A stretch of DNA of 64,000 bases from an uncultured Gammaproteobacteria bacterium (GTDB lineage: Bacteria > Pseudomonadota > Gammaproteobacteria > DRLM01): the NCBI GenBank assembly GCA_963729605.1, contig CAVSNY010000006.1:128001-192000 (forward strand). Reading direction: 5' to 3'. This document shows, piece by piece, positions 1-9,815 of the stretch. The notes under the pieces were generated by a model that searched no databases, had not been told where the DNA came from, and saw only the letters and a list, made by a program, of their open reading frames with translations. The position numbers were made by a program, and so were the translations under genes. Numbering within the stretch: the stretch's first letter is position 1; every line of letters begins with the position of its first letter.

Positions 1-15
1 ACCCTTTGAAGGAAA

Positions 16-91
16 TGGCGTCCCCATGGGGATTCGAACCCCAGTTACTGCCGTGAAAGGGCGGTGTCCTAGGCCTCTAGACGATGGGGAC
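16..91 (-). tRNA. tRNA-Glu (TTC)
   Basis: Reverse complement GTCCCCATCGTCTAGAGGCCTAGGACACCGCCCTTTCACGGC...GGTTCGAATCCCCATGGGGACGCCA; cloverleaf, anticodon TTC, encoded CCA. Confidence 0.97.
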
Positions 92-139
92 GTAAACGTC
101 TTATCAATCAACCGGCGGCGCCGGCCGTGATACTGATTT

Positions 140-215
<76 letters not shown>

Positions 216-253
216 GAGCGAAGGGCGCATTTTCCGCGAACCACCCAGCCCTG

Positions 254-1681
254 TCAAGACTCCAGCGGCAGGTTTCCGCCGCTATTTTCACGCGTAAAGG
301 CAATGGCTTGATCGATGCGGCGCAACACCCGTTCGCGGCCGATCAGACGCAGCGTGATATCGATGGGCGGCGACACGCTGCCACCCGTGACCGCCACCCG
401 CAGCGGCTGGGCCAGCTTGCCCAATTTCAACGAAAAGGCCTCGGCGGTATCCACCACGGCTTGATGCAATTCGGCATCGCTCCATGCCGGCAAGGCCGCA
501 AACCGCTGCCGCAGCGCCGTCAAGGGTTCGGCCAGCGCCGCGCCGAGGTGCTTGGCCGCCGCCGCGTCATACGCGGCGAAATCGCGATAAAAACACAGGC
601 TCTGCTCCGCCATCTCCTTGAGGGTTTTGGTGCGCTCGCGCAGCGCCTCCACTATCGCGGTCAAAGGCGGACCTTGCGTGAGATCGAGTTCCAACTGGCC
701 CATATGCCAGCTCAGGTGCTGCGCCACATGGGCGGGATCGCCGGTCTTCATATAGTGCTGATTCAGCCATAGCAGCTTGCCCGGATTGATGCTTGAAGCC
801 GAATTGTTGATATCGGGGATATCGAACAACATCGCCATTTCGTCTTTCGAGAAAATTTCCTGATCGCCGTGCGACCAGCCCAGCCGCACCAAATAATTCA
901 ACACCGCCTCCGGCAAGAACCCCTCCTCGCGAAACTGCATCACGCTGACCGCGCCGTGACGCTTCGACAAACGCTTGCCGTCCTCGCCGAGTATCATCGG
1001 CAGATGGGCGTACACCGGCGGCGTGCCGCCCAAGGCCTGGAGGATGTTGATCTGGCGCGGCGTGTTGTTGAGATGATCGTCGCCGCGGATCACATGGGTG
1101 ACGCGCATATCCAAGTCATCCACCACCACGGTGAAGTTATAAGTCGGCGTGCCGTCGGAACGGGCGATGATGAGGTCGTCGAGCTCGGTGTTTTGAAACA
1201 CCACCCGGCCGCGCACTTGATCTTCGACCACCACCACGCCGTCGGCCGGATTTTTGAAACGCACTACATACTCATCCGCTCCGGCCGGCGGCGCGCCGAG
1301 ATCACGGCAACGGCCGTCGTAACGCGGCTTTTCCTTGTTGGCCATCTGCGCCTCGCGCAACTCCTCGAGCCGCTCCTTGGAACAATAACAGCGATAGGCC
1401 TTGCCCGCGGCCAACAATTCCTGTTTGACCTGCTCGTAGCGGTCGAATCGTTCGGTCTGGCGGAACGGCCCCTCGTCATAATCCAGGCCCAGCCAGGCCA
1501 TGCCTTCCAAAATCGCGTTGATCGATTCCACCGTGGACCGTTCCAGATCGGTGTCCTCGATCCGCAAAATAAAGGTGCCGCCGTGCTTGCGGGCGTACAA
1601 CCAGGAAAACAGCGCGGTGCGGGCGCCGCCGATGTGCAGATAACCCGTGGGACTGGGGGCGAAACGAGTGCGGACCGTCAT
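254..1681 (-). CDS. gltX: glutamate--tRNA ligase
   Basis: [16 protein letters not shown] (HIGH motif), [14 protein letters not shown] (KMSKS motif); 475 aa. Confidence 0.98.
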   Translation of the reverse strand: MTVRTRFAPSPTGYLHIGGARTALFSWLYARKHGGTFILRIEDTDLERSTVESINAILEGMAWLGLDYDEGPFRQTERFDRYEQVKQELLAAGKAYRCYCSKERLEELREAQMANKEKPRYDGRCRDLGAPPAGADEYVVRFKNPADGVVVVEDQVRGRVVFQNTELDDLIIARSDGTPTYNFTVVVDDLDMRVTHVIRGDDHLNNTPRQINILQALGGTPPVYAHLPMILGEDGKRLSKRHGAVSVMQFREEGFLPEAVLNYLVRLGWSHGDQEIFSKDEMAMLFDIPDINNSASSINPGKLLWLNQHYMKTGDPAHVAQHLSWHMGQLELDLTQGPPLTAIVEALRERTKTLKEMAEQSLCFYRDFAAYDAAAAKHLGAALAEPLTALRQRFAALPAWSDAELHQAVVDTAEAFSLKLGKLAQPLRVAVTGGSVSPPIDITLRLIGRERVLRRIDQAIAFTRENSGGNLPLES

Positions 1682-1797
1682 GATTGAACGTCTATGCTCC
1701 GTCGAATGCAGCGAGGGCGGCTATTCTAACAGGGCCCCGCCCGGGCCGACAGGACCATTTGACGACCGCGGCGACAACCCGTAGAATTTGCGCCCTC

Positions 1798-1872
1798 GGG
1801 CGGTTAGCTCAGCGGTAGAGCACTGCTTTCACACGGCAGGGGTCGCAGGTTCAATCCCTGCACCGCCCACCA
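1798..1872 (+). tRNA. tRNA-Val (CAC)
   Basis: GGGCGGTTAGCTCAGCGGTAGAGCACTGCTTTCACACGGCAGG...GGTTCAATCC...CCGCCCACCA; anticodon CAC, encoded CCA. Confidence 0.95.
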
Positions 1873-1939
1873 TCTAAAGGCCCGTTCGACGCCGCGGTCA
1901 TCAACGCGATCAACGCCGAGCAGTCGCGCCTCGGCAAGC

Positions 1940-2171
1940 AGATGACATCCTGCCGCGTACCGTGATGGCCGTTATGAAAGATCCACTCCTCGGTGACCTC
2001 AAAAACGTTGTGCGCCGGGTCGTCATAATCAATCAGTATCAGGTCGCGCTCGCGCTTCTCCTCGAACCCGCGCCGCTGCTCAGCTTCCTCGCGGGACACA
2101 AGCATCCAACCGATCGCCTCGGCGTATTCGAGGATACGGGCCTGGACGGTTTTGTGTTCGCCTGGCTTCAT
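1940..2171 (-). pseudogene. hsdR: type I restriction endonuclease R subunit (HsdR) N-terminal remnant
   Basis: KPGEHKTVQARILEYAEAIGW...EEAEQRRGF fused to RERDLILIDYDDPAHNVFEVTEEW..HNGHHGTR.DV, both resembling HsdR_N segments; internally deleted and truncated; ATG overlaps the hipA stop (ATGA). Confidence 0.7.
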
Positions 2172-3475
2172 GAATAGGGTTTCAGATTCAACGTGCGTTG
2201 AATTTTTTCGCGCACGGCATCAGGCACGCCCGCCTTTTCCGCGAACGATCCCCATTGCGATACCGTCGCCTGCACCTCGGCAACGATCTTCGCCGCGCGC
2301 CCCCGTTTCATCGAAGCCGTCTTTGCGCAGGCATTGAAATCCTCCATCGTGAAATGGTCGCGTTTTCCATTCATCGTCATCTGATGGCTTGCCGTCCACG
2401 CACCCGCGGGATTAAAACTGTAGGTCATATCAAAGGCCGGCGATAGCGACCACTCACCGGATTTATTCATCAGGAAGGCAATATTCTTCACGTGGTCATC
2501 CTGATTGCGGGCCACGATGTTAAATACCATGCGCCGAAAGAGTTGCTCGATGGCCTGCATGGGCAACCGCAGTTGCCGCATCACCAGCAACGCCTGCTCG
2601 TAGCTATATGCGCCTGCCATATTGAAATCGTAGTGCGCCAGGGCGCAGAGTGACTGCATGTGAAGTTTTTCGCCGCCAGCAAGACGATCAAAGCGGCGCG
2701 TCATGAAATGCGACCGGCCATTTTCTTTAAACAGCCGGCATTCACTAATTTCAATGCCGCATTCAAGCGCCATCAGGTAATAGGCATATTCGATCAGCCC
2801 GTAGCCTTTCGGGTCTTCCAGTTCTTTATCCTTGTTGCCGCTGACACCGTCAAATTTCAGCAGCCAGTATTCAAATCCCTCACCGGCTTTGACCTGGCCG
2901 GACCGCACTTCATTGGTTTTCGGATTCCATGCGATGACCGCCTTCGCCCTCGCGCCACCGGCGGATGTACCCACGCGCAGAATATCCTTTAGCGCATCTT
3001 CTCTGCCTTCAGCCGCAAACGTCGCCTGCAGGTTATGCCGGTGGGTCAATACCTCCGAGGCAAGCTCAACTAACCTGCCGATCTCGATGTGTGTCGTCTG
3101 CTCCGCCCTGGGACCGATGGCGGGGGCGAATTCCAACGCACCCATGCCGCGTTCGCCGGTATAACAAAGCCGCTCGACCGCGTTGAAGGAACCCGGTTGC
3201 CGCCCCTGCGATGCCAACCAGGCATCAATCAGCGCGTTGCCGAATTTGTCGGGCAGCGAGTCGGCCAGCAGGCCGGGTAGCCCGAGAAACGTCTGTCGAG
3301 AAAGTTCGGGGAAGCGGTACACGCGCCGGGAAAGCGGCATCACAATCGGCGCGACCTGAATGCCGCTCTGCGCGAATGCCGCATCGTATTCAAAGCTCGC
3401 GACGTCCTCCCCCTCCTGCAGCGAGACAGCGCCGATGGTTTTACCCCACAGCCTGACTTCGGCAAGCGTGCTCAC
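2168..3475 (-). CDS. hipA: HipA-family toxin kinase (type II TA)
   Basis: N-terminal couple_hipA-like segment (DSLPDKFG), GTSAGGARAK P-loop, WLLKFD, NQDDHVKN catalytic loop, LSPAFD. Confidence 0.93.
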   Translation of the reverse strand: MSTLAEVRLWGKTIGAVSLQEGEDVASFEYDAAFAQSGIQVAPIVMPLSRRVYRFPELSRQTFLGLPGLLADSLPDKFGNALIDAWLASQGRQPGSFNAVERLCYTGERGMGALEFAPAIGPRAEQTTHIEIGRLVELASEVLTHRHNLQATFAAEGREDALKDILRVGTSAGGARAKAVIAWNPKTNEVRSGQVKAGEGFEYWLLKFDGVSGNKDKELEDPKGYGLIEYAYYLMALECGIEISECRLFKENGRSHFMTRRFDRLAGGEKLHMQSLCALAHYDFNMAGAYSYEQALLVMRQLRLPMQAIEQLFRRMVFNIVARNQDDHVKNIAFLMNKSGEWSLSPAFDMTYSFNPAGAWTASHQMTMNGKRDHFTMEDFNACAKTASMKRGRAAKIVAEVQATVSQWGSFAEKAGVPDAVREKIQRTLNLKPYS

Positions 3476-3477
3476 GG

Positions 3478-3822
3478 CTACTCATCCCAGCGCCAGGGTT
3501 TGCCGGTCGCCTTCGCGGCACGTCGACCCGACGCCCGTTGTCGGGCCTTGCCCTTGCGCTTCAACAAATCCATCGGCCTGGGCCCGGACTCCGGAATCAG
3601 GCTATCCAGCCCTGATGCGGCGTCCAGCACCCGCAGCACACGAACCAGAGTGACCAACTGTGACGTTTGCCCCGCCTCCATCCGCTCGAGGGTGCGCTTG
3701 GCGATACCCGCCTGTTCGGCCACAGCCGCTTGGGTCAGCTGCAATTCAACCCGGCGACCGGCAATCCGTGCGCCCAATTCGGCCAGCACGGCGTCATCTG
3801 TGAGTAAACCAGTAATTTTCAT
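3478..3822 (-). CDS. hipB: XRE/HipB-like HTH antitoxin
   Basis: LTQAAVAEQAGIAKRTLERMEAG HTH; directly upstream of hipA; C-terminal W-x-W; start placed at ATG 3822. Confidence 0.85.
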   Translation of the reverse strand: MKITGLLTDDAVLAELGARIAGRRVELQLTQAAVAEQAGIAKRTLERMEAGQTSQLVTLVRVLRVLDAASGLDSLIPESGPRPMDLLKRKGKARQRASGRRAAKATGKPWRWDE

Positions 3823-3824
3823 AG

Positions 3825-3966
3825 TCGTTATATATTGCGAATATGTCGGCTGGATTGCCATATATCGTCAGTTATTACGATATATAGCCTAATAATTTTC
3901 TTTGGTCAAGTCGTAATAAATAGCGAGATAGTGATTTAAATGCCACTTAATCGCAATATTTTGCGA
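3825..3966. promoter_or_regulatory. four TCG-N10-CGA operator-like palindromes upstream of hipB
   Basis: Sites at 3825-3840, 3865-3880, 3911-3926 and 3951-3966 in an AT-rich promoter region. Confidence 0.7.
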
Positions 3967-3999
3967 TATATACCGCTTATGAATGAGCTCGCGCCCCAT

Positions 4000-4172
4000 A
4001 TCGTCGTCGAAAACTAATATGGGCAGAGCCCGCCGCATCGCCCACGGCGCGGGCAAGCGTGGTCTTGCCGCATTGACGCGGGCCGTGAATCAGCACATTC
4101 GGCGTATCTTCCAGCGCCTCGCCTCGGTCGGGCGCGGAAGTACGAGACGGGGTGAAAGGCGGGGTCGGCCAT
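4000..4172 (-). pseudogene. AAA+ ATPase (DUF4143-associated type) N-terminal remnant
   Basis: Minus-strand frame reads EALEDTPNVLIHGPRQCGKTTLAR (Walker A); frameshifted and truncated. Confidence 0.7.
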
Positions 4173-4322
4173 AGCGGCCAAGTAAATTATGGCGCGGCCA
4201 ATTGAATGTTTTGCGTCGGCCAAATGAAAGGGAGAATCCACTGGTTGATTCATCAGCGCAGGGTAAATGGCCGGCGGGAAAGGGTGCGAACAGGCATATC
4301 GATCTCGACATCATCACGCGGC

Positions 4323-5471
4323 TCAATGACTCGGCAAAGACAACCCCGCCGCTTCCGCGGCGATGGCCCGCCCTTCATCGACGCGGATTATGCGCGCCTC
4401 CACCGCGCTGAGCGGCGCGGATATCACACCGTCATCGCCGCCTTGAGCGGGGTCGGCCGCGCGCAATCCCAGGAACGCCAGTTGCGCCATGATCCGCGCG
4501 CGGATCGCGCCGGCGTGTTCGCCTATGCCGCCGCTGAAGATGAGTTGATCGAGGCCGCCCAAGGCGACGGTCAGCGCGCCCACCGTCTTGGCGGCGCGGT
4601 AACAAAACAATTCCACGGCCAGCGCCGCGCGCGGATCGTCCTGCCGCTGCAATACGCTGCGCATATTCGGCGAGCATTCCGAGACGCCCAACAGGCCGCT
4701 GGCTTGATTGAGCGCGCGCTCCACTTCATCCACCGACAAACCCAACGCGCGCTGCGCGTACAGCAACGCGCCCGGATCGAGATCGCCGCTGCGGCTAGCC
4801 ATCATCAATCCTTCCAGCGGCGTGAGGCCCATGGTGGTGTCGATGCTCACGCCGTCGCGCAGCGCGGTGGCCGAACAACCGGCGCCGAGGTGCAGCAGCA
4901 CCGCGCGCGGCCGCAACGCCGTACCCAATTGCGCCACCACGTCCGCGCAGGCGATGCCGTGAAAACCGTAACGCCGTATGCCGGCGTCGCGCCAGGCGGC
5001 GGGTATCGCGTAGGTGTAGGCGCGAGCAGGCAGGGTCGAGTGAAAGGCGGTGTCGAACACCGCCGCGTGCGGCGGTTCGGGAAAACGCGCGCGGCTGGCG
5101 CGCACCACCGCCAGCGCGGGCGGCAGATGCAACGGACTCAAAGGTACCAGCGCTTCAAGTTCATCCAACACCGCGGCGGTGATCCAGGTCGTAGCGCGAT
5201 AGCGCGGTCCGCCGTGCACGATGCGGTGGCCGATGCGCGTCAGCCGTCGCGGTTCGGGCAGGCGCGCCGCCAGCGCGGTGAACGCGGCGTCATGATCGGC
5301 GAATACCTGTTCCGACACCTCGACGCCATTTTCGACCAGCACGCCCCGCGCGCGGCCGATGCCGCGCACTTCCAGTTTAATCAGCGCGGCGGCAACTCCA
5401 AGCTCGCGCACGTCAAGCTTGAGCGAAGAGGAACCGACATTGACCGCCAGCACCCGCAGCATGCCGCTCAC
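4323..5471 (-). CDS. ackA: acetate/propionate kinase
   Basis: VLAVNVGSSSLK, GHRIVHGG, FDTAFH, RRYGFHG, TTMGLTPLEG, SGGIGE; GTG start overlaps the phosphoketolase stop (alternative ATG 5462). Confidence 0.93.
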   Translation of the reverse strand: MSGMLRVLAVNVGSSSLKLDVRELGVAAALIKLEVRGIGRARGVLVENGVEVSEQVFADHDAAFTALAARLPEPRRLTRIGHRIVHGGPRYRATTWITAAVLDELEALVPLSPLHLPPALAVVRASRARFPEPPHAAVFDTAFHSTLPARAYTYAIPAAWRDAGIRRYGFHGIACADVVAQLGTALRPRAVLLHLGAGCSATALRDGVSIDTTMGLTPLEGLMMASRSGDLDPGALLYAQRALGLSVDEVERALNQASGLLGVSECSPNMRSVLQRQDDPRAALAVELFCYRAAKTVGALTVALGGLDQLIFSGGIGEHAGAIRARIMAQLAFLGLRAADPAQGGDDGVISAPLSAVEARIIRVDEGRAIAAEAAGLSLPSH

Positions 5472-7915
5472 GCCGGCGCGCGCATCACCAGCCGCGGATC
5501 GCCCTCGCCGTGGATGGCCGCCAACTCTTCGGACGACAACCACTCTTGCACCGGCCGATCCAAACAAGACGCGGCGGCGTCAAGCGCATGGGCCCAGGTA
5601 CAGCGGTTGGCGAACAACATGCCACCCACGTCGAGGGTGCCGCCGCGATTGATATAACCCAGCGCGCGGGTCGTCGCGGGACCGCTGTCGAGCACGCGCA
5701 GCGCACCCAGCAAGGGCTCGGGGCGGGTGTGGCTCAATATCACCCGCGCCTTAGCCTTGGCGGGAAACAGCCGCTCGCGCAACTCGCCGCCCGCGGCGTA
5801 CGCGGCCTCACGCTCGTCGCGCGGCATACGGAAGCGGCCGGGTTCGTAAACATACACCACGCGATGCGCCACGCCGCGCGCGCGCAAACGATCGGCGGCG
5901 CGCACGGCCTCCTGTAATTGATAGGCGCCGACCGCGATCAATAACAATTTGCCGTCGTCGGCGCCTTCGTCGCGCAGCGTCAACGCGCCTTCGCTCACCA
6001 TTTGCTGCGCTTGCCGGCGATCGCAATACACCGGCAAATCGCGTTTGGGTACGATCAGCGACCAGATTTGGCCGCGGCTGGCGTACAAGGCGCGCAGCGT
6101 GGCGACGGCGCTGTTGCCATCGGCGGGAAACACCACCCGCGACACATCGTTCATCTCGCCGAGCAGGGCTTCGCTCAAGGTGGGGTCTTGATGAGACTGC
6201 TCGTTTTTACCGTTCTCCCAGGTATGCGAAGTGAGCACGACAGGCAACGCCAACCAGCACGGCGCGTCGCCGGCCTCGGCCTGATGGCGGGCGAAGATCA
6301 ACTCCTGGCGGATCGCGCCGAGCATCTTCACCGCGAAGGCTTCGTACGAGGCGACCAGATTGATGCCGCCCTTGTTGGCCAGCGCCGCGTTCACCACCGC
6401 TTCTTCATTGAGGGCGGTGATCACCCCGCCGTTCACCGCCTCCGCGCCGCCGGCCTCGGGCGAGGTGACGCGGTGCTTCAAATAATCCAGCGTGGCGTTG
6501 AGACGATTGCTGCGCATCTCGTCGGGATTGCCCACCCGCGGCCGCAATGCCGGATTGGCCTTTAAAAGCCGGCAAAAATAGTCATCCAAGGCGGCCATGG
6601 GCGAAACCTGTTCACCCTCTTTGCGCCAGTCCGCGTCGGGAAACACCGGCACCGCGCACGGCCGCGCGATCAGCGGATGAGCGCGCTCTTTGACGCGCCG
6701 CTGCGCGTCGTGGCGGTTGAGCGCCTGCGCCGCCTGCCGCAATTCCGGCAACGGCACCCACAACGCGCGCGCGCCGCCGTTGAATTCGCCGCGCGCCGCC
6801 GCGTCACGCGCCGGATTGCCGGCCAGCGGCAGATTGTGCGCGCGGTTGGTGCCCGCGCCGGGAAAACCGTAACCCTTGGGCGCCTCGGCGATGGCGTAGG
6901 GCAAGGGCACGGGATAGGACGCCTCGCGCGCCGCCACCGCTTTATCCAAGGATTGCAGGCGCTCCTCCATCTCGAAGACGCCCCAGGCGAAGGCGGCGGG
7001 ATCGCGGCCGTCGAGGTCGATGGGATCGAAACCGTTGAGGCGCAGATGTTCGCGGAACCAATGCACGCCGCCCTCTTGCGACATGGTGGTGCGCTGATCG
7101 ATGCGCCGGCCGTTGGCGATCATGATCGGCGCGACCAGGCCGCTGTCCTCGGCCCGCCACCAGCGCGGCGCCCAATCGCTGCCGCGCTGTTCCTCGAAGG
7201 CGCCGTCGCTGAGGAACACCACCAGGCGTTCGCCGGGCAGAGGCATGTGCACGTACTGTAATTCGGCGAAACCGAGATAACCGCCCTCCAACATACCGCC
7301 GGCGGTGTTGGGATTGACATGGCTGCCCAGGGGCGACGCGGGCCGCCCATCGGCGCGCACCGCGTAGGAATAGAAATCCCGCACCAAGCGCGTGAGTCCC
7401 TCATCGCTCAACTCATAACGCGCGGCGTGGACGGCGCTCATGTTGTCCACCAAGAGATTCAGCGCATCGATGGCGGCCACGCAGTGGCCTTGGCCCATCA
7501 TCCAGGCGCGGGTGATGCCGGTGAGCGCGTTGACGGCGAGATAACCGGCGTAGGCCGGCACCATATTCAACGCACCGCCGGTGTGCCCTTCCGGTTCGGG
7601 TTTGAAATCCTCTTCGGCGAGATCGCGACCGTCGAGATAGACGTTGCGGGCATAGCTCATGTGCACGGTGAGCCACATCGCGGCGCTGGCCAGGCGGTCG
7701 GCGGCGGCGAGACAGCGGTAGACTTCGGCCTTCTCGCGCACCGCGCCGCGCTGTTGCAGCAGGTCGGCCATGTCATAAATCCGCACCTGGGTGGCGTCTT
7801 CATGGCGTATCACGCCGTAACCCGCGGCCCATTCCGCGAAGGCGGCGTCTTGCCCGCGGTGAATTTCCGCGAGTTCCTTGATCCGATGTCGATGTGATTC
7901 CATCCGCGTCGTCAT
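5468..7915 (-). CDS. phosphoketolase-family ThDP enzyme (divergent GHTGG type)
   Basis: PEGHTGGALN, GQGHC, EGGYLG, SDGAFEE, AHNLPL, PDEMRSN, LNEEA, SYEAF, SHTWENGKNEQSHQDP; RBS GAAGGAGG before ATG 7915; coupled to ackA. Confidence 0.88.
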   Translation of the reverse strand: MTTRMESHRHRIKELAEIHRGQDAAFAEWAAGYGVIRHEDATQVRIYDMADLLQQRGAVREKAEVYRCLAAADRLASAAMWLTVHMSYARNVYLDGRDLAEEDFKPEPEGHTGGALNMVPAYAGYLAVNALTGITRAWMMGQGHCVAAIDALNLLVDNMSAVHAARYELSDEGLTRLVRDFYSYAVRADGRPASPLGSHVNPNTAGGMLEGGYLGFAELQYVHMPLPGERLVVFLSDGAFEEQRGSDWAPRWWRAEDSGLVAPIMIANGRRIDQRTTMSQEGGVHWFREHLRLNGFDPIDLDGRDPAAFAWGVFEMEERLQSLDKAVAAREASYPVPLPYAIAEAPKGYGFPGAGTNRAHNLPLAGNPARDAAARGEFNGGARALWVPLPELRQAAQALNRHDAQRRVKERAHPLIARPCAVPVFPDADWRKEGEQVSPMAALDDYFCRLLKANPALRPRVGNPDEMRSNRLNATLDYLKHRVTSPEAGGAEAVNGGVITALNEEAVVNAALANKGGINLVASYEAFAVKMLGAIRQELIFARHQAEAGDAPCWLALPVVLTSHTWENGKNEQSHQDPTLSEALLGEMNDVSRVVFPADGNSAVATLRALYASRGQIWSLIVPKRDLPVYCDRRQAQQMVSEGALTLRDEGADDGKLLLIAVGAYQLQEAVRAADRLRARGVAHRVVYVYEPGRFRMPRDEREAAYAAGGELRERLFPAKAKARVILSHTRPEPLLGALRVLDSGPATTRALGYINRGGTLDVGGMLFANRCTWAHALDAAASCLDRPVQEWLSSEELAAIHGEGDPRLVMRAPA

Positions 7916-8067
7916 GAGACCTCCTTCACCGACCGAGTGCATCGGTAACATTCCGCACCAAAACCCGGGCTCTTACCCTAATCCCGGCGCCGCTTGAATA
8001 CAAGAGAAAATCCCCGCTCCACTCGGCGTTCTCTCAGCGCACTAATTTAACTTTAATGTCGATGTGC

Positions 8068-8082
8068 TGGCACGTCTCCTGC
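8068..8082 (+). promoter_or_regulatory. putative sigma54 -24/-12 promoter
   Basis: TGGCAC-GTCTC-CTGC has correct spacing and one mismatch to TGGCAC-N5-TTGC; AT-rich tract upstream. Confidence 0.45.
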
Positions 8083-8219
8083 CGGCACCTGACACGCACT
8101 TGCCGTTGCCATGAGTTGGACCCCCTGGCGCGGCGGCATGGGAGAATTTGCGCCTCGAAACGGACAGACTCGCGGCGTCCGCCAATTCGATAGCGGTGGA
8201 ACCGAAAAAACACTTCACC

Positions 8220-8633
8220 ATGAATAAAAATTTCCTCGGTCTTTTGACATTAGCCGGCCTCCTGTCACCATGCAAGGTATTCGCCGCCGCGAGCGGCGGC
8301 GCGGCCATCGACCTTACCCATAACGTCTTCGGCATCGCCGCGCTGGTGGCCTTCATCACGGCCTACGCCCTGGTCATCGCCGAAGAATTTTTGAAACTGC
8401 GCAAATCCAAACCGGTGGTCGTGGCGGCCGGCGTGATCTGGGCGCTGGTCGGCATCGCCTATCTCCTGCACGGCGGTGATACCCGCTATGCCGCCGATCA
8501 GCTGCGCCACAATCTGGAATACGGCGAGCTGCTGCTGTTCCTGCTGGTGGCGATGACCTTCATCAATACCCTGCAAGAACGCGACCTCTTCAACGCCTTG
8601 CGCGGCTGGTTAATCTCCGCGGGCTTCGCATAA
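8220..8633 (+). pseudogene. nhaD: NhaD-type Na+/H+ antiporter, truncated
   Basis: AYALVIAEEFLKLRKSKPVVVAAGVIW and ELLLFLLVAMTFINTLQER match the NhaD N-terminus; stops after ~137 aa with no continuation before the next gene. Confidence 0.8.
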
Positions 8634-8685
8634 AAAATCATGCAATGCCTGCGCACCCGCGTTTGATGAGCAGGAAATACCGGGC

Positions 8686-9660
8686 TTAAATACCGTTGCG
8701 CAGCATCAGCTCCGCCGGGTGAGGGTTGAGATAAACCTGTTTGGCGATGTACTCATCGGGAAACCGCCGGAAATAATGTCGCAGCAAGGTGATAGGCACG
8801 ATCAAGGGCACATGGCCCAACCGATAGGACTCGATCACCTCCAGCAGTTCCGCTTTATCGCCCTTCTCCAAGCGCGTCTTCAAATAACCCATGACATGCA
8901 TCAAGACGTTGGTATGGCGCTTACGGGTGGCGGACCGCTGCAAGGCGGCCATGAATGCGGCGCCATACCGCTCGCATAAAACCGCCGGCCGATGCGACTT
9001 GGCGTCCGCCACCAGATGCCCCAGCGCCCGATAATATTCGGTGCCGTGCGACATCAAACTCAATTTGTGCGCGGTGTGGAATTCCACCAGTTTGCCGACG
9101 CTGAAGCCGGACGCCAACAGGCTTTGCCAGCGCCGGTAGGCGAAGACCCGCGCGATGAAATTCTCGCGCAACACCGGATCGCCCAACCGGCCTTCCTCTT
9201 CGGCGGGCAACAGCGGCCGGCGCTGGACGATCTCCCGCGCATAGACGCCCGTCCCCCGCATACTGGGCGCGCCGCCGCCGTAGACCTTGACCCGCCGCAG
9301 ACCGCAGCTCGGCGACTTGCCTTTGAAGATATAACCGCTGATCCCGTCCAACTCCAGCGCCATGCGCCGGCCGTAGGCGGTCAAAGCCGCCGTCACATCC
9401 AAGGCCGGGTCTTGCACGCCGACCGCGCGCGGTGATTGCGGGTCGCCGGTCAAACGGATCGGCGGACGCGGCACGCCCATGCCGATCGCCACCTCGGGAC
9501 AGACCGCGATAAAGTCGAACACCCGGCCCAGGGTCTCGCGGATGAAGTTATCCTGTTTGTGATTGCCGTCGTAGCGGACCCGCTCCCCCAACAGGCAACT
9601 GCTGATGCCGATACGGATTCTATCGGGCGGGGACGACGCGGCGGACGTATCGTGAATCAT
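8686..9660 (-). CDS. DUF523 + DUF1722 (YbgA-like) protein
   Basis: IGISSCLLGERVRYDG, CPEVAIGMGVPRPPIRL, KSPSCG, EEEGRL, FHTAHKL, NVLMHVMGY. Confidence 0.9.
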   Translation of the reverse strand: MIHDTSAASSPPDRIRIGISSCLLGERVRYDGNHKQDNFIRETLGRVFDFIAVCPEVAIGMGVPRPPIRLTGDPQSPRAVGVQDPALDVTAALTAYGRRMALELDGISGYIFKGKSPSCGLRRVKVYGGGAPSMRGTGVYAREIVQRRPLLPAEEEGRLGDPVLRENFIARVFAYRRWQSLLASGFSVGKLVEFHTAHKLSLMSHGTEYYRALGHLVADAKSHRPAVLCERYGAAFMAALQRSATRKRHTNVLMHVMGYLKTRLEKGDKAELLEVIESYRLGHVPLIVPITLLRHYFRRFPDEYIAKQVYLNPHPAELMLRNGI

Positions 9661-9815
9661 GATGAACTCGACACCAATATTATGACCCCATGGACGAGAA
9701 GACCGCCGCGAGCGAGCCAGCCGCCGCATCCTTCCCCCAGCCGTTTCAACGGCGGCGGCTCGCCCCGCGCCGTGGCATTATGACATCCGCCGCTCCCCGA
9801 CCAAAGGCAACCGCC

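Noticed and set aside
4206-5657. Long alternative-frame ORFs (e.g. 4206-5657, 16970-18667, 37089-38669, 51130-52479, 57194-58423)
   Set aside because: They are antisense or off-frame shadows of well-supported genes, expected in GC-rich DNA, with no motifs
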